Notes: generated by a model not told the origin, from the sequence alone. Positions 1 to 9,870 are shown, numbered from the stretch's first letter. The stretch: DNA of 64,000 nucleotides from an uncultured Verrucomicrobiae bacterium (GCA_963719495.1 CAVRCI010000009.1:143409-207408), one strand, 5' to 3'. Program-made: numbers and translations.

Positions 1-799
1 TCTCCGCCGCCACCGCGTCGCGCACCTCGGCCACCGTCTGACCCCTCGCCTCCGCGACGTTCGCCTCGGCCAGCGCCACGACATCGGCCTCGCCTCCCGT
101 GATCGACAGCCGCAGCCGTTCCTGCTCCGCCAGCAACTGCGCGATCAACGCACCCTGCGCGTCCAGCTTGCTCGCCGCCTCCGCGATCACCGCCTCCTGC
201 GACTGCGATTTGGCGTAAAGAAAAACCCCACCCGCCACCGCGACCAGCAACGCCGCCGCCGCCACGACCAGCGTCAGCCGCCGCCGCGCCCGCTCCTTCG
301 CCAGTTCGTCCCGCAACGACTCCACGCTGAGCTGCAGCTCCCGCGTCCGCGAGTTGAGGTCCTCCCGCGAATCGAATTCGTAATACAGCTCGTCCCGCTC
401 GAGCAGCCGCCCCCGGTGCGCCACCTGCAGCTCCCGCTTGTCCTCCGGCTCCGGAGCGTGCTCGTCGAACGGAAATCTCTCCCCACACAAAAACACGTAA
501 CACGGCAACCCCAGCTCCACCGCGATCTCATACTCCATCTGCGTGAAACTCCGCCGCTCCGGCCCGTCCAGCACCGGCTGCGGCTCCGCCCCGTAGTAGA
601 ATCCCGCCAGGTGCACCACCGCATTGCACGTCTCCAGCTTCGTCCGCAGCATCTCGCGAACGCTCTTGTAATCCGGCGGAAAATCGTCCTGCACGATCGG
701 CAGGCACTCCATCCGCCGCAGCCCCTCGCTCACCAACCCCCGCGCCGTCCGCAGATCCCGACTCGTGGCGCTGACAAAAATCCTCGGGACCGGTTGCAT
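1..799 (-). CDS. DUF4062-like domain protein with a transmembrane helix and coiled coil (3' end outside window)
   Basis: Not in the ORF track (no stop in window). Manual translation from ATG at 799: MQPVPRIFVSATSRDLRTARGLV...VVHLAGFYYG...SFTQMEYEIAVELGLPCYVF matches the DUF4062 pattern (IFVSS..DL...R; S.T..EY..A); then LTLVVAAAALLVAVAGGVFLY. Confidence 0.7.
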   Translation of the reverse strand, partial: MQPVPRIFVSATSRDLRTARGLVSEGLRRMECLPIVQDDFPPDYKSVREMLRTKLETCNAVVHLAGFYYGAEPQPVLDGPERRSFTQMEYEIAVELGLPCYVFLCGERFPFDEHAPEPEDKRELQVAHRGRLLERDELYYEFDSREDLNSRTRELQLSVESLRDELAKERARRRLTLVVAAAALLVAVAGGVFLYAKSQSQEAVIAEAASKLDAQGALIAQLLAEQERLRLSITGGEADVVALAEANVAEARGQTVAEVRDAVAAE

Positions 800-866
800 C
801 GCCCCACCCAAGGGGAAACCCGGTTGGCGGGCAACAATTTTACCCCTTGCAATCTGCTTGCGCTGC

Positions 867-2021
867 TCAGTCCGCCCCGATTTCCAGATAAATCGGGCCC
901 GCCCGTGCGATCGAATCATCCAGCACCCGTTCGCCCACTTCCGCAAAACCCGGCTCGTCCGGCGGCACCTCGGCCCCGTCCCGAATCCAGCCGACCAACT
1001 TCTGGTCCTCGAAATTATAGATCTCGTTCGTCCGCCCGACCTCGCTCATCTCCGTGTCGCGGCCCATTCGGACTTCGTAGGCCGACACCAGCAATCCCTC
1101 CCGCCAATAGTAAATGACGTAGCTCTTGTTCTCGTCGTCCTCCCGGTCGCTGTAGACGAGCTGCTCCAGCACGTAAGCTTTGACGTATCCCAGATAACTC
1201 AACCGCCGCCCCGGACGGTCGCTATCCGCGTGGACCTTCACCTTGCGAACGTCCTCGCCCTCCACCTCCACGTCGATCGCGTCCCGCAACGCCACGAATT
1301 CCTCCGCCGTCGACCCCGCTTCAACCGTTGGCTCCTCCTCCGGCTCGGGGTCGTCGCCCATGCTCGGCTCGACTTCGACCGCAAACACGTTCACCTCCGG
1401 GTCATCGCCCGTCCGGGTGGCACGAACGAGCATTTCGCCCGTCATCTCCGACCGATCCGCCGCGGCGTATTTGACCCGGAACTCGATCGGCACCGAGGGT
1501 CGCGGCTGCGGCTCATGGTGCTCGATCCATTTGGGCGTGTAGCGAAACACGGTGTCGGAATCCACGTCCACTCCCCTGGCCCGCTCGGCGGCCACGGCCG
1601 CGGCGTCCAGCTTCGGGAGAATGTCGTGCTGCGTCGCCGACTCCTGCGCCGCATCGATCAGATACGCCTTTACCGTCTCCGACTCCGTTCCGTAGAGCAG
1701 CAGCCCGAAATAATACCCCTCCATGTCTGGGCTCCACTTCACGAGCAGCGACTCGTCGTCCGACTCCGCCAGATACGGAAACAGCCGGTCGTCCTCCGCC
1801 GTGAGAGTCAGCACCGGCTTCTGGGTGCGCAGATTCACGATGAGATTTTCGTCATCCCCCGTCATCACAACGCCAAACTCCCCGTCCGCCGAAGCCGAAT
1901 CATCCACCAACAAGCCCCGCTTCCCATCGTAAGTCGCGACCTCGAATTGAGCCGCGGCAAACGGAAGACCGAACCCGGCAAAAGCCAGGGAGAAAGAAAA
2001 CACTGCGTCGAAAATCTTCAT
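867..2021 (-). CDS. Hypothetical secreted acidic protein
   Basis: 384 aa ORF with signal-peptide-like N-terminus (…FGLPFAAA) and natural amino-acid composition. Confidence 0.7.
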   Translation of the reverse strand: MKIFDAVFSFSLAFAGFGLPFAAAQFEVATYDGKRGLLVDDSASADGEFGVVMTGDDENLIVNLRTQKPVLTLTAEDDRLFPYLAESDDESLLVKWSPDMEGYYFGLLLYGTESETVKAYLIDAAQESATQHDILPKLDAAAVAAERARGVDVDSDTVFRYTPKWIEHHEPQPRPSVPIEFRVKYAAADRSEMTGEMLVRATRTGDDPEVNVFAVEVEPSMGDDPEPEEEPTVEAGSTAEEFVALRDAIDVEVEGEDVRKVKVHADSDRPGRRLSYLGYVKAYVLEQLVYSDREDDENKSYVIYYWREGLLVSAYEVRMGRDTEMSEVGRTNEIYNFEDQKLVGWIRDGAEVPPDEPGFAEVGERVLDDSIARAGPIYLEIGAD

Positions 2022-2090
2022 ACTTCGTTAGACTGCATATTACGAACCGCCCCGCGGTTCGAACCAATTCCGAAATCCCCCTGAGATGCG

Positions 2091-2174
2091 AACCACGGAA
2101 GGACACGGATAAACACGGATGTTTATCCATGAATCGTATCCCCCATCCGCGTTCATCCGTGTCCATCCGTGGTT
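2091..2174. repeat. Inverted short-unit arrays (AACCACGGA.../...ATCCGTGGTT) forming an intergenic hairpin
   Basis: aaccacggaaggacacggataaacacggat ... atccgcgttcatccgtgtccatccgtggtt. Confidence 0.7.
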
Positions 2175-2225
2175 AAAAGCATTTCCGCATCGCATCCCGC
2201 ACCCCCCCTCCTCTAAAAATCCAGG

Positions 2226-3005
2226 GTGCCCACCAAGCCCCGAGCCAGTCGAAAGCCCGCCGCCAAGCGGTCGACCCGCCGGACCAAACTCCGCACCAGC
2301 CTCGCGCCCACTCTCCCCGACACCGTCCCCACCCGCTGGGTCAAGTTCCTCGTCGGCCTCTTCCTGCTCCCCCCGGCCCTCATTCTCACCCAGACCTTCT
2401 TCACGGCCTTCGCCCGCGCCACGGTCCACGAGGCCTTCTGGGCCACCGAGGAATTCTGGTTCTTCAGCCTCGGACTCGTCCTCTGGATCGTCACCTTCGT
2501 CGCGCTCCCCCGCCCCACCCTCGTCTACGTCTTCGGCCACGAACTCACCCACGCCATCTGGGTCTGGTGCATGGGCGGCCGCGTCAGCGCCTTCCAGGTG
2601 ACCGAACGCGGCGGCCACATCCTCTCCGACCGCATCAACACCTGGATCGCCCTCGCCCCCTACTTCTTCCCCATCTACAGCCTCCTCGTCATCGCCATCT
2701 ACGGCGCCCTCGGCCTCGCCTTCGACCTCACCCCCTTCCGCCCCGTCCTCTTCATGCTCATCGGCGCGACCTGGGGCTTCCACCTCAGTTTCACCCTCTG
2801 GATGATCCCCAAAGGCCAAAGCGACCTCCACTACGGCGGCACCTTCTTCTCGCTCACGATCATCTACACCCTCAACCTCGCCATCCTCGCCGTCTTCCTC
2901 GTCGTCGCCTCCCCGAACCTCACCCTCGCCACCTTCGGCCGCGACCTCCTCGACAACGCCATCACCGCCGCCGTCGCCGCCACCGACCTCGTCCAAAACC
3001 GCTGA
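2226..3005 (+). CDS. Membrane metalloprotease, peptidase M50-like
   Basis: HELTH zinc motif after a TM helix, downstream LAPYFFP motif, several TM segments. Confidence 0.7.
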   Translation: MPTKPRASRKPAAKRSTRRTKLRTSLAPTLPDTVPTRWVKFLVGLFLLPPALILTQTFFTAFARATVHEAFWATEEFWFFSLGLVLWIVTFVALPRPTLVYVFGHELTHAIWVWCMGGRVSAFQVTERGGHILSDRINTWIALAPYFFPIYSLLVIAIYGALGLAFDLTPFRPVLFMLIGATWGFHLSFTLWMIPKGQSDLHYGGTFFSLTIIYTLNLAILAVFLVVASPNLTLATFGRDLLDNAITAAVAATDLVQNR

Positions 3006-4147
3006 AACCCGACCGCTCCAATCTGCTCGCCCACTTGGCCGAACTCCAAACCGCACACGGCGGTGCGATCCCGGTCGAAACCTACGTCCGTGAGGCCCTC
3101 TACCACCCCACCTTCGGCTACTACTCGCAAAACATCCGCACCGTCGGCCGCCGCGGCGATTTCTCGACCACCGTCACCCTCGGTGACGCCCTCGCCCGAG
3201 CCCTCGCCCGCTGGCTCGCCATCAACCGTCCCGCCGACAAAGCCCCCTGGCACGTCATCGAAGCCGGACCCGGCACCGGCGAACTCGCCGCCGCCATCCG
3301 CAAGCACCTCGGTTTCTGGACCCGCCGCGCCCTCACCTACCACCTCGTCGAGAGCTCCCCCGTCCTCCGCGCCGAGCAGCAGCACCGCCTCCGCCGCCAC
3401 CGCAACGTCCGCTGGCATGCCTCCATGACCGCCGCCCTCACCGCGTGCGGAGGCCACGCCACCATCGCCTCCAACGAACTCATCGACGCCTTCCCACCCC
3501 GAGTCTACGAGTTCCGCGCCGGCCACTGGCACGAAGTCGCCGTCCAGATCCACGAAGGCCGGATCGCGGAAATCCTCCTCCCCGACCGCCCCATCCCCGC
3601 CACCTCCATCTTCGACCAACCCCACCCCGAAGGCCAACGCGTCGAAGTCCACGTCACCGCCGCCGAGTGGCTCGCCACCTGGGTCCCCGCCCTCCGCGCC
3701 GGCCAGGTCCTCACCATCGACTACGGCGACACCGCCGACCGCCTCTATCACCGCCGCCCCCACGGCACCCTCCGAGGCTACTACCACCACCAGCGAGCCG
3801 AAGGCCTGAGCATCTACCACCGCTTCGGCAAACAGGACATCACCGGCGACGTCAACTTCACCGACCTCGAGACCTGGGGCCACCATCTCGGACTCGAAAC
3901 CGTCGCCCTCACCGATCAGACAACCTTCCTCGCCACCCACGGCTCCAAAAAGCCCGCCACCCCCCACGACGCCGCCCTGGCCGACCACACCGGAGCCGGC
4001 ACCGCCTTCAAAGTCCTCATCCAAAAGAAAACGGCTGCCCCACCAATCGGCCTCCAACTCTGGCCGACAGGCCCGCAGGGCTGCATCGGGGGAGCACAGG
4101 GTTGCCTTCGGCGGTCTCCGCTTCGCTCCGGCTCCAGCCTGTCGTGA
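3002..4147 (+). CDS. SAM-dependent methyltransferase, MidA/NDUFAF7 family (start uncertain: 3002 or 3035)
   Basis: ALYHPTFGYY, GRRGDFST, IEAGPGTGELA, SNELIDAFP, IDYG, QDITGDVNFT motifs; the 5' part of ORF 2567..4147 is an out-of-frame shadow of the upstream gene. Confidence 0.85.
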   Translation: MKPDRSNLLAHLAELQTAHGGAIPVETYVREALYHPTFGYYSQNIRTVGRRGDFSTTVTLGDALARALARWLAINRPADKAPWHVIEAGPGTGELAAAIRKHLGFWTRRALTYHLVESSPVLRAEQQHRLRRHRNVRWHASMTAALTACGGHATIASNELIDAFPPRVYEFRAGHWHEVAVQIHEGRIAEILLPDRPIPATSIFDQPHPEGQRVEVHVTAAEWLATWVPALRAGQVLTIDYGDTADRLYHRRPHGTLRGYYHHQRAEGLSIYHRFGKQDITGDVNFTDLETWGHHLGLETVALTDQTTFLATHGSKKPATPHDAALADHTGAGTAFKVLIQKKTAAPPIGLQLWPTGPQGCIGGAQGCLRRSPLRSGSSLS

Positions 4148-4175
4148 CGGGTCCGGCAGCTGCCGGACCCGTCAC
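4144..4175. repeat. Perfect 32-bp palindrome with no loop
   Basis: gtgacgggtccggcag|ctgccggacccgtcac. Confidence 0.9.
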
Positions 4176-4552
4176 AACTGCACGCAAGTGCACCGCGAAG
4201 CGGCCTCAGCGGCCCTTGCCCGGAAAAGTCACCGGTAGTGGCCCGAAAGCAAATCTGAAGGAAAAAGCGGTGAGATTGGTGGGTCGCCAAGTATTCAACG
4301 GCGGCGGGGAGTCGAGATAGGATCGATTCCGGGGGATTGGACGGGAAAGGGGTGGATTTTGCGCCGCGGCAGGCACGATTTGGCAGACCGAGTGCAGAGC
4401 AGGTTTGAGGCAATCAAGCAGCGATGAGTTGGGGCTGCGGACCTGGACTGAGGCGGGCGGACCGCAACCGGCAAGACGCTGTTGGGCCTGAGCAAAGACA
4501 CTCTTGAGCGCCCCGAACTCCACGATCCGCCGAAGTCATCGAGCTTTAGGAA

Positions 4553-4647
4553 TTTGAACAGAAGCACGCAAAGATCGCAAAGGGATGAAAGAATCCTGGA
4601 ATTCTTCTTCCTGTATTCTTTGCGACCTTCGCGACCTTCTGTTCAAA
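4553..4647. repeat. Inverted-repeat intergenic element
   Basis: tttgaacagaagcacgcaaagatcgcaaag ... ctttgcgaccttcgcgaccttctgttcaaa. Confidence 0.7.
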
Positions 4648-4709
4648 AGCATTTCTATTTCACGGGCGTCCAGTTGACTCGCTCGCTCCCGCTCGTCTCG
4701 CCCTCCGGG

Positions 4710-5294
4710 CTAGGAGCTGGCCGGATCCTTGGCCGGAGCGAGGTAAGAGTCCACCCAGGCACCCGTCTTCAGGTTCATTGCCGTGTCGACGGCTTTCTCG
4801 AAAGCCGGAACCGTGCTTTTCACCCACACGATCTCGCCATTGTCGTTCGTAATGACCAGGAGCCAGCCATGGTAGCTTTCGCCAAACACCGCGTCAGTCC
4901 GATCGTAACGTAGTTCGATCTCCTTGGTCTCGTGCTCCAGCACCCGCCCGTCACGCGCGTTCGAGAGTGCAATGGGAAACTCTTCGCGCTGCACGATCTT
5001 GTAGCACTTGCGATCCACCGCGGACCGGGCCACCACCCAGAAATATGCCGTCAACCCCTCGACACTCGCGTTGAGCTCTTTGTTCGTGACCTTGATACCC
5101 ATCTTCACGCGCTCGGACCGGTCGTCCCAATCCCCACCCTCCACCTTCGTCGAGCGCTCGCGAATCACGCTCACGTCCAGCCGCGGAGGATTCTTCGCCA
5201 TTGGCATTTCCGCCATCGCGCTCATTGGCAAACAAGCCGCCATCAGGCTTGGTAAAATGCGCCCCGAGAATTTGCGACTAATTTGACGGTTCAT
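4710..5294 (-). CDS. Hypothetical secreted protein (start uncertain)
   Basis: Signal-peptide-like N-terminus followed by a beta-rich globular region. Confidence 0.65.
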   Translation of the reverse strand: MNRQISRKFSGRILPSLMAACLPMSAMAEMPMAKNPPRLDVSVIRERSTKVEGGDWDDRSERVKMGIKVTNKELNASVEGLTAYFWVVARSAVDRKCYKIVQREEFPIALSNARDGRVLEHETKEIELRYDRTDAVFGESYHGWLLVITNDNGEIVWVKSTVPAFEKAVDTAMNLKTGAWVDSYLAPAKDPASS

Positions 5295-5447
5295 TACCTC
5301 CTCCCCTACCGAAGCGATTCTCGAATTCCAAGCCTATCCGAAAATCTCGGGGAATCCCCTAGACCCTCGATCGCAGTGTATCTATCCGCTCAATCTCGCC
5401 CACCTCCAATCTCGACTTTCCAAGTCGGAATTCCCAACCTCCCGCCC

Positions 5448-6845
5448 ATGAGCACCCACCTGTTCCGCGAGAAAATGGAAACCGCCGGCGTCAGCGAATC
5501 CGCCATCCGGGCCTTCGAAAACGGCTACGAACGCTTCGCCCGTAACGAGAACGCCCTCATCCCCGAGACCGACATCACCCCCGTCGAATCCCTCCCCAGC
5601 CTCGACGAAATCCGGGACTCCTTCGCCACCGCCGACTCCGCCACCCTCCTCTCGCAGACCGCCGTCCTTAAACTCAACGGCGGCCTCGGCACCAGCATGG
5701 GCCTCGAACGCGCCAAATCCCTCCTCCCCGTCCGTGGCGACGACACCTTTCTCGACCTCATCGTCCGCCAGATCCTCAGCTGGCGCGAGTCCACTTCCAA
5801 CGTCCGATTCCTGCTGATGAACAGCTTCAGCACCAGCGCCGACACCCGCGCCGCCCTGGCAAATTATCCCGCCCTCGGCGACCCCGCCGACCTCGAACTC
5901 CTCCAGAACAAAGTCCCCAAGATCGACGCCGCCACCCTCGAGCCCGCCACGCACCCGGCCGCCCCCGAGCTCGAATGGTGCCCCCCCGGCCACGGCGACC
6001 TCTACGCCGTCCTCGCCGGCTCCGGAGCCATCGACGAACTCCTCGCCAGCGGCATCACCTACCTCTTCGTATCGAACTCCGACAACCTCGGTGCCACCCT
6101 CGACCCCGCCCTCCTCGCTTGGTTCGCCGAATCCGGCAAACCCTTCGCCATGGAAGTCACCGCCCGCACCCACTCCGACCGCAAAGGTGGCCACCTCGCC
6201 CTCCGCGACGGCCACCTCATCCTCCGCGAATCCGCCCAGTGCCCCGACACCGATCTCGAATCGTTCCAGGACATCGACCGCCACCGCTACTTCAACACCA
6301 ACAACCTCTGGCTCCGCCTCGACCGCCTCCGCGACGCCATCCACGAAGCCGGCGGCTTTCTCCCCCTTCCCGTCATCCGAAACCAAAAAACCGTCGACCC
6401 CCGCGACAAGAAATCCACCCCCGTCGTCCAGCTCGAGACCGCCATGGGAGCCGCCATCGAGTGCTTCCCCGACGCCGGAGCCATCGCCGTCCCCCGCTCC
6501 CGCTTCGCCCCCGTCAAAACGACCGGCGACCTCCTCACCCTCCGCTCCGACGCCTACGAAATCGCCCACGACGGCCGCACCCAGCTCGCCCCATCCCGCG
6601 ACGGCATCCCGCCCCGCATCGAACTCGACGGCCACTACAAACTCGTCGACCAGCTCGACGCCGCCACACCCGACGGCCCCCCATCCCTCGTCAACTGCGA
6701 CTCCCTCACGGTCAAAGGCCCCATCATCTTCGGCCCCAACGTCGTCATCACCGGCCAGGTCATCCTCACCAACAAAGCCGACACCCCAGCCATCCTCCCC
6801 CCCGGCACCTACGCCAACACCCAGCGCGCAGCGCCCTTCCTGTAG
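5448..6845 (+). CDS. UTP--glucose-1-phosphate uridylyltransferase (UDPGP/UGP1-type)
   Basis: LKLNGGLGTSMG, LMNSFST, WCPPGHGD, SNSDNLGA, FNTNNLW, QLETAMGAAI, RFAPVK. Confidence 0.92.
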   Translation: MSTHLFREKMETAGVSESAIRAFENGYERFARNENALIPETDITPVESLPSLDEIRDSFATADSATLLSQTAVLKLNGGLGTSMGLERAKSLLPVRGDDTFLDLIVRQILSWRESTSNVRFLLMNSFSTSADTRAALANYPALGDPADLELLQNKVPKIDAATLEPATHPAAPELEWCPPGHGDLYAVLAGSGAIDELLASGITYLFVSNSDNLGATLDPALLAWFAESGKPFAMEVTARTHSDRKGGHLALRDGHLILRESAQCPDTDLESFQDIDRHRYFNTNNLWLRLDRLRDAIHEAGGFLPLPVIRNQKTVDPRDKKSTPVVQLETAMGAAIECFPDAGAIAVPRSRFAPVKTTGDLLTLRSDAYEIAHDGRTQLAPSRDGIPPRIELDGHYKLVDQLDAATPDGPPSLVNCDSLTVKGPIIFGPNVVITGQVILTNKADTPAILPPGTYANTQRAAPFL

Positions 6846-7247
6846 AGGGTTGGGAGGGTCGCGCCCTCCGTCACCATCTCCCGGAACGCCCGACCCAGGA
6901 ACCCCGCCCGCCTCACACGATCAACCGCACACCCTGCCGATCCGCCGTGCTGTCGGGCAACTTCTCTTCGGCAATTCGCGTAAGGTTCGTCGGAATCCGC
7001 CACTTTTCCGAAAGCTCACGAATCCGTCGGATCTTCCCGCGATTCGTCCGCGCCACCGCAGTCGTTGGCCGTCCGTCACCCGTGATGCTCCGAGCCGTCC
7101 ACCAACACCAACTCCGAACACCAGCCTCCGCCCGTGACGCTCACCACCCACCTCCCGGCCAACCACGGAGCCGGAACTCAACTCGTCGGAAAGCAATTCC
7201 GGTTGCGAAAACAGCGCTTTGCCGTCACGCTTGCAAGACGCCAGCCG

Positions 7248-7463
7248 ATGAAAACGCCAATCCTTTCCACCCTCGTCCTCCTCGCCCTTCCGGTCTTCGC
7301 CCACGCCCACGGCGGTCACGCGGAAGCGGTCGGAGCCACGCACATCGCCTTTCACCTGGCACCCGCGGCAGCGCTCATCGTTCTCACCCTCGGCGCAGTC
7401 GGCCTCATCAAAAACCGCCGCCGCCAGCCATCGAAAGTCGCCGTCCAGCGGGACTCCGACTAG
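7248..7463 (+). CDS. Small His-containing membrane protein
   Basis: Signal peptide, AHAHGGH, one TM helix, basic tail. Confidence 0.6.
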   Translation: MKTPILSTLVLLALPVFAHAHGGHAEAVGATHIAFHLAPAAALIVLTLGAVGLIKNRRRQPSKVAVQRDSD

Positions 7464-7587
7464 ACGTCTAATCGCCCAGGCGAGATCTTCGCCCACCAGG
7501 GATCAGAAACGAAGCAGGGCTTCGATACCACGCCTGAAAGCCCTCCCAAAGAATCGGCGGATCTATTCACCCCGCTCGGGGCAATCC

Positions 7588-7734
7588 TAGAGCACTTTCA
7601 AATTGATTGGACGATTCGATCCGGCAAGCGGGGGGAGGGCGTCCCGCCCTCCTGATCCAAACTCGAGGACAAGACGTCCTCGCCCCGTTTCGTCGTCCCT
7701 TGCCTAGGTCGCCAGTTACTTTGAAAATGCTCTA
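7588..7734. mobile_element. MITE-like element with 15-bp terminal inverted repeats
   Basis: tagagcactttcaaa ... tttgaaaatgctcta (1 mismatch); internal hairpins. Confidence 0.6.
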
Positions 7735-7840
7735 AATGAAGGGTAGCGCGAGACTTCCACCTGCCCAGGACATCCTCGGAGAATCATTGCCCGCAGGTCC
7801 GAAGGCGTCGAGGGGCGTCTTCCGCGTCCCTAAACCCCAC

Positions 7841-7876
7841 AAAAAAGGCGCCCACCAATACAACCGGTGAGCGCCT
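7841..7876 (-). terminator. Intrinsic terminator after rpsD
   Basis: Minus strand: ggcgctcacc-loop-ggtgggcgcc followed by TTTTTT. Confidence 0.75.
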
Positions 7877-7928
7877 CTTCGTCGCGCTGGAGTCGTAAAG
7901 ACCTCCCTCGCGTGAATGTGCGGAGGAA

Positions 7929-8540
7929 CTAACGCGAGTAGAGCTCGACGACCAACTGCTCGTTTGCAATCGGATTGATCTCGTCGCGGGTCGGGATGCG
8001 CACGACCTCTCCCGAAAAGTTGTCTTTATCGACCATCACCCAATCGGGGACTGGCACGACGGCCGTCTGATCCATGCTGCGCTGCGCGAGGCGACGAGAT
8101 CCCTGGACGTCCTTGATGAGAACCTTGTCGCCCGGCTTCAAATTCGCCGATGAGACGTCAAGCTTGCGTCCGTTAATCTGAACGTGTCCGTGGGACACCA
8201 TCTGACGAGCCGCGGCGCGGGTCTTCGCGAAGCCCATGCGGAACACAACGTTGTCGACGCGGGTCTCCAGGAGCTGAAGCAGAGTTTCACCGGTCACACC
8301 ACGCTTGTTCAGCGCAATGTGGAAATAACGGCGAAACTGCTTCTCGAGCACACCGTATTGGAAACGAAGTTTCTGCTTCTCCGCCAACGCCAAAGCGTAG
8401 TCGGACACCTTCCGGCGCGACCCTTTCGGTCCGTGCATGCCGGGGCGGTAGTTCTTGCGTTCAAAAGCCTTCGCCGAACCGCCCAACATGACGTTGAAGC
8501 GGCGACTGACTTTGGTTTTGGGTCCTGTGTAACGAGCCAT
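7929..8540 (-). CDS. rpsD: 30S ribosomal protein S4
   Basis: MARYTGPK, LAEKQKLRFQYG, LETRVDNVVFRMG, EQLVVELYSR. Confidence 0.98.
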   Translation of the reverse strand: MARYTGPKTKVSRRFNVMLGGSAKAFERKNYRPGMHGPKGSRRKVSDYALALAEKQKLRFQYGVLEKQFRRYFHIALNKRGVTGETLLQLLETRVDNVVFRMGFAKTRAAARQMVSHGHVQINGRKLDVSSANLKPGDKVLIKDVQGSRRLAQRSMDQTAVVPVPDWVMVDKDNFSGEVVRIPTRDEINPIANEQLVVELYSR

Positions 8541-8544
8541 TTAA

Positions 8545-8579
8545 ATTGCGGATTTGGGATTGCGGATTGCGGATTGGAT
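8545..8579. repeat. Heptamer array (ATTGCGG-like x5) filling the rpsK-rpsD spacer
   Basis: attgcgg atttggg attgcgg attgcgg attggat. Confidence 0.85.
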
Positions 8580-9439
8580 TAGACCCGGCGTTGTTTGGGT
8601 GGGCGGCAACCGTTGTGGGGCACCGGGGTCACGTCTTTGATCGTGCTGATGTCGAGGCCGATGGCCTGCATGGCGCGAACGGAGGATTCACGGCCGGAGC
8701 CCGGCCCCTTGACGCGCACTTCAACTTCCTTGACGCCGTGGCCCATGGCCTGGCGGCAGGCATCCTGCGCCACCATCTGCGCCGCGTAAGCGGTGCTTTT
8801 TCGAGAGCCCTTGAACCCACACTTACCGGCGGTCGACCAGCCGAGGACCGCTCCGGTCAGGTCGGTGATGGTCACGATCGTGTTGTTGAAACTGGCCTGG
8901 ACGTGGGCGATGCCGACGCTGACGTTCTTACTGCCCTTGGCTTTGACGACCTTGATTGGCTCGATGTTGTCGTCGAGCGATATGCTGACCGCGGACGGCT
9001 GGGCGGAAGTGGGAGCCTCGGCTTCCTTCTTCTTGGATTTCTTCGCGCCCTTGACCTTCGGAGCGGCGGCCTCATCGGCTTTCGGCGCGTCGGCAGCACC
9101 TTCTGCCTTCGGAGCCTCGGCGACCGCGTCAGCCTTCGGCTCATCAGCGGCAGCTTCTTCAGCCTTCGGAACTTCAGCAGTTTCGGCCTCAGCCTTTGGG
9201 GCTTTGGCAGCCGCCTTTTTGGCTTTCGGCTCTTCCGCGGCCGTCTCTTCCGCCTTCACTTCTTCGTCCTTCGTTTCGGCAACGGGTTCTTCGGCCTTTG
9301 GCTCCTCCTTTGGCGCTTCGGCTGCTGGTTCAGCAGTCTCTTCCTTGGCAGCAGCGGGAGTCTCCTCGGGTGCGGCGGTTTCCGCCTTCACCTCGGTCTC
9401 GGGCGTCTCTTCGTTCGGTGTGTTCTCTTCGTCGGCCAT
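8579..9439 (-). CDS. rpsK: 30S ribosomal protein S11 with long Ala/Glu/Lys/Pro-rich N-terminal extension
   Basis: [43 protein letters not shown]. Confidence 0.96.
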   Translation of the reverse strand: MADEENTPNEETPETEVKAETAAPEETPAAAKEETAEPAAEAPKEEPKAEEPVAETKDEEVKAEETAAEEPKAKKAAAKAPKAEAETAEVPKAEEAAADEPKADAVAEAPKAEGAADAPKADEAAAPKVKGAKKSKKKEAEAPTSAQPSAVSISLDDNIEPIKVVKAKGSKNVSVGIAHVQASFNNTIVTITDLTGAVLGWSTAGKCGFKGSRKSTAYAAQMVAQDACRQAMGHGVKEVEVRVKGPGSGRESSVRAMQAIGLDISTIKDVTPVPHNGCRPPKQRRV

Positions 9440-9464
9440 GGTCGTATTCTTCGAAATCTAAGGA

Positions 9465-9860
9465 TTAAACTTTGCCCGTCTTCGCGTTCGGGTTGCGCTG
9501 GATACCGACGGTGCGGCGTGGCCCCTTTCGGCTCCGGGCGTTGGTGGAGGTGCGCTGTCCGCGCACTGGCAGGCCGCGGCGGTGACGGATGCCTCGGTAG
9601 CAGTTGATCGCTTGGAGACGCTTGAGGTTGCCCTGGATCTCACGGCGAAGGTCGCCTTCGATCACGACGCGGCTCTCGCTGATCGAGTGAATGAGCGTGC
9701 CGATCTGCTCGGGAGTCAGGTCCTTGGCGCGAACGTTCGGATCAATGTCCGACTGCTCGAGCAGCTTCTTGGCGGTCTTGGGTCCGATCCCGTAAATGTA
9801 GGGAAGGGAGGCTTCGATGCGTTTGTTTCCGGGGATGTCGACTCCGAGTAGGCGAGGCAT
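9465..9860 (-). CDS. rpsM: 30S ribosomal protein S13
   Basis: [33 protein letters not shown]; start placed at ATG 9860. Confidence 0.97.
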   Translation of the reverse strand: MPRLLGVDIPGNKRIEASLPYIYGIGPKTAKKLLEQSDIDPNVRAKDLTPEQIGTLIHSISESRVVIEGDLRREIQGNLKRLQAINCYRGIRHRRGLPVRGQRTSTNARSRKGPRRTVGIQRNPNAKTGKV

Positions 9861-9870
9861 ATGAATTTTT

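Noticed and set aside
416..2084. Long plus-strand ORFs 416..1117 and 765..2084
   Set aside because: Antisense shadows of real minus-strand genes; typical high-GC artefact
4206..4567. Short minus-strand ORFs in the 4.15-4.7 kb gap
   Set aside because: No recognisable motif, and the region is repeat-rich
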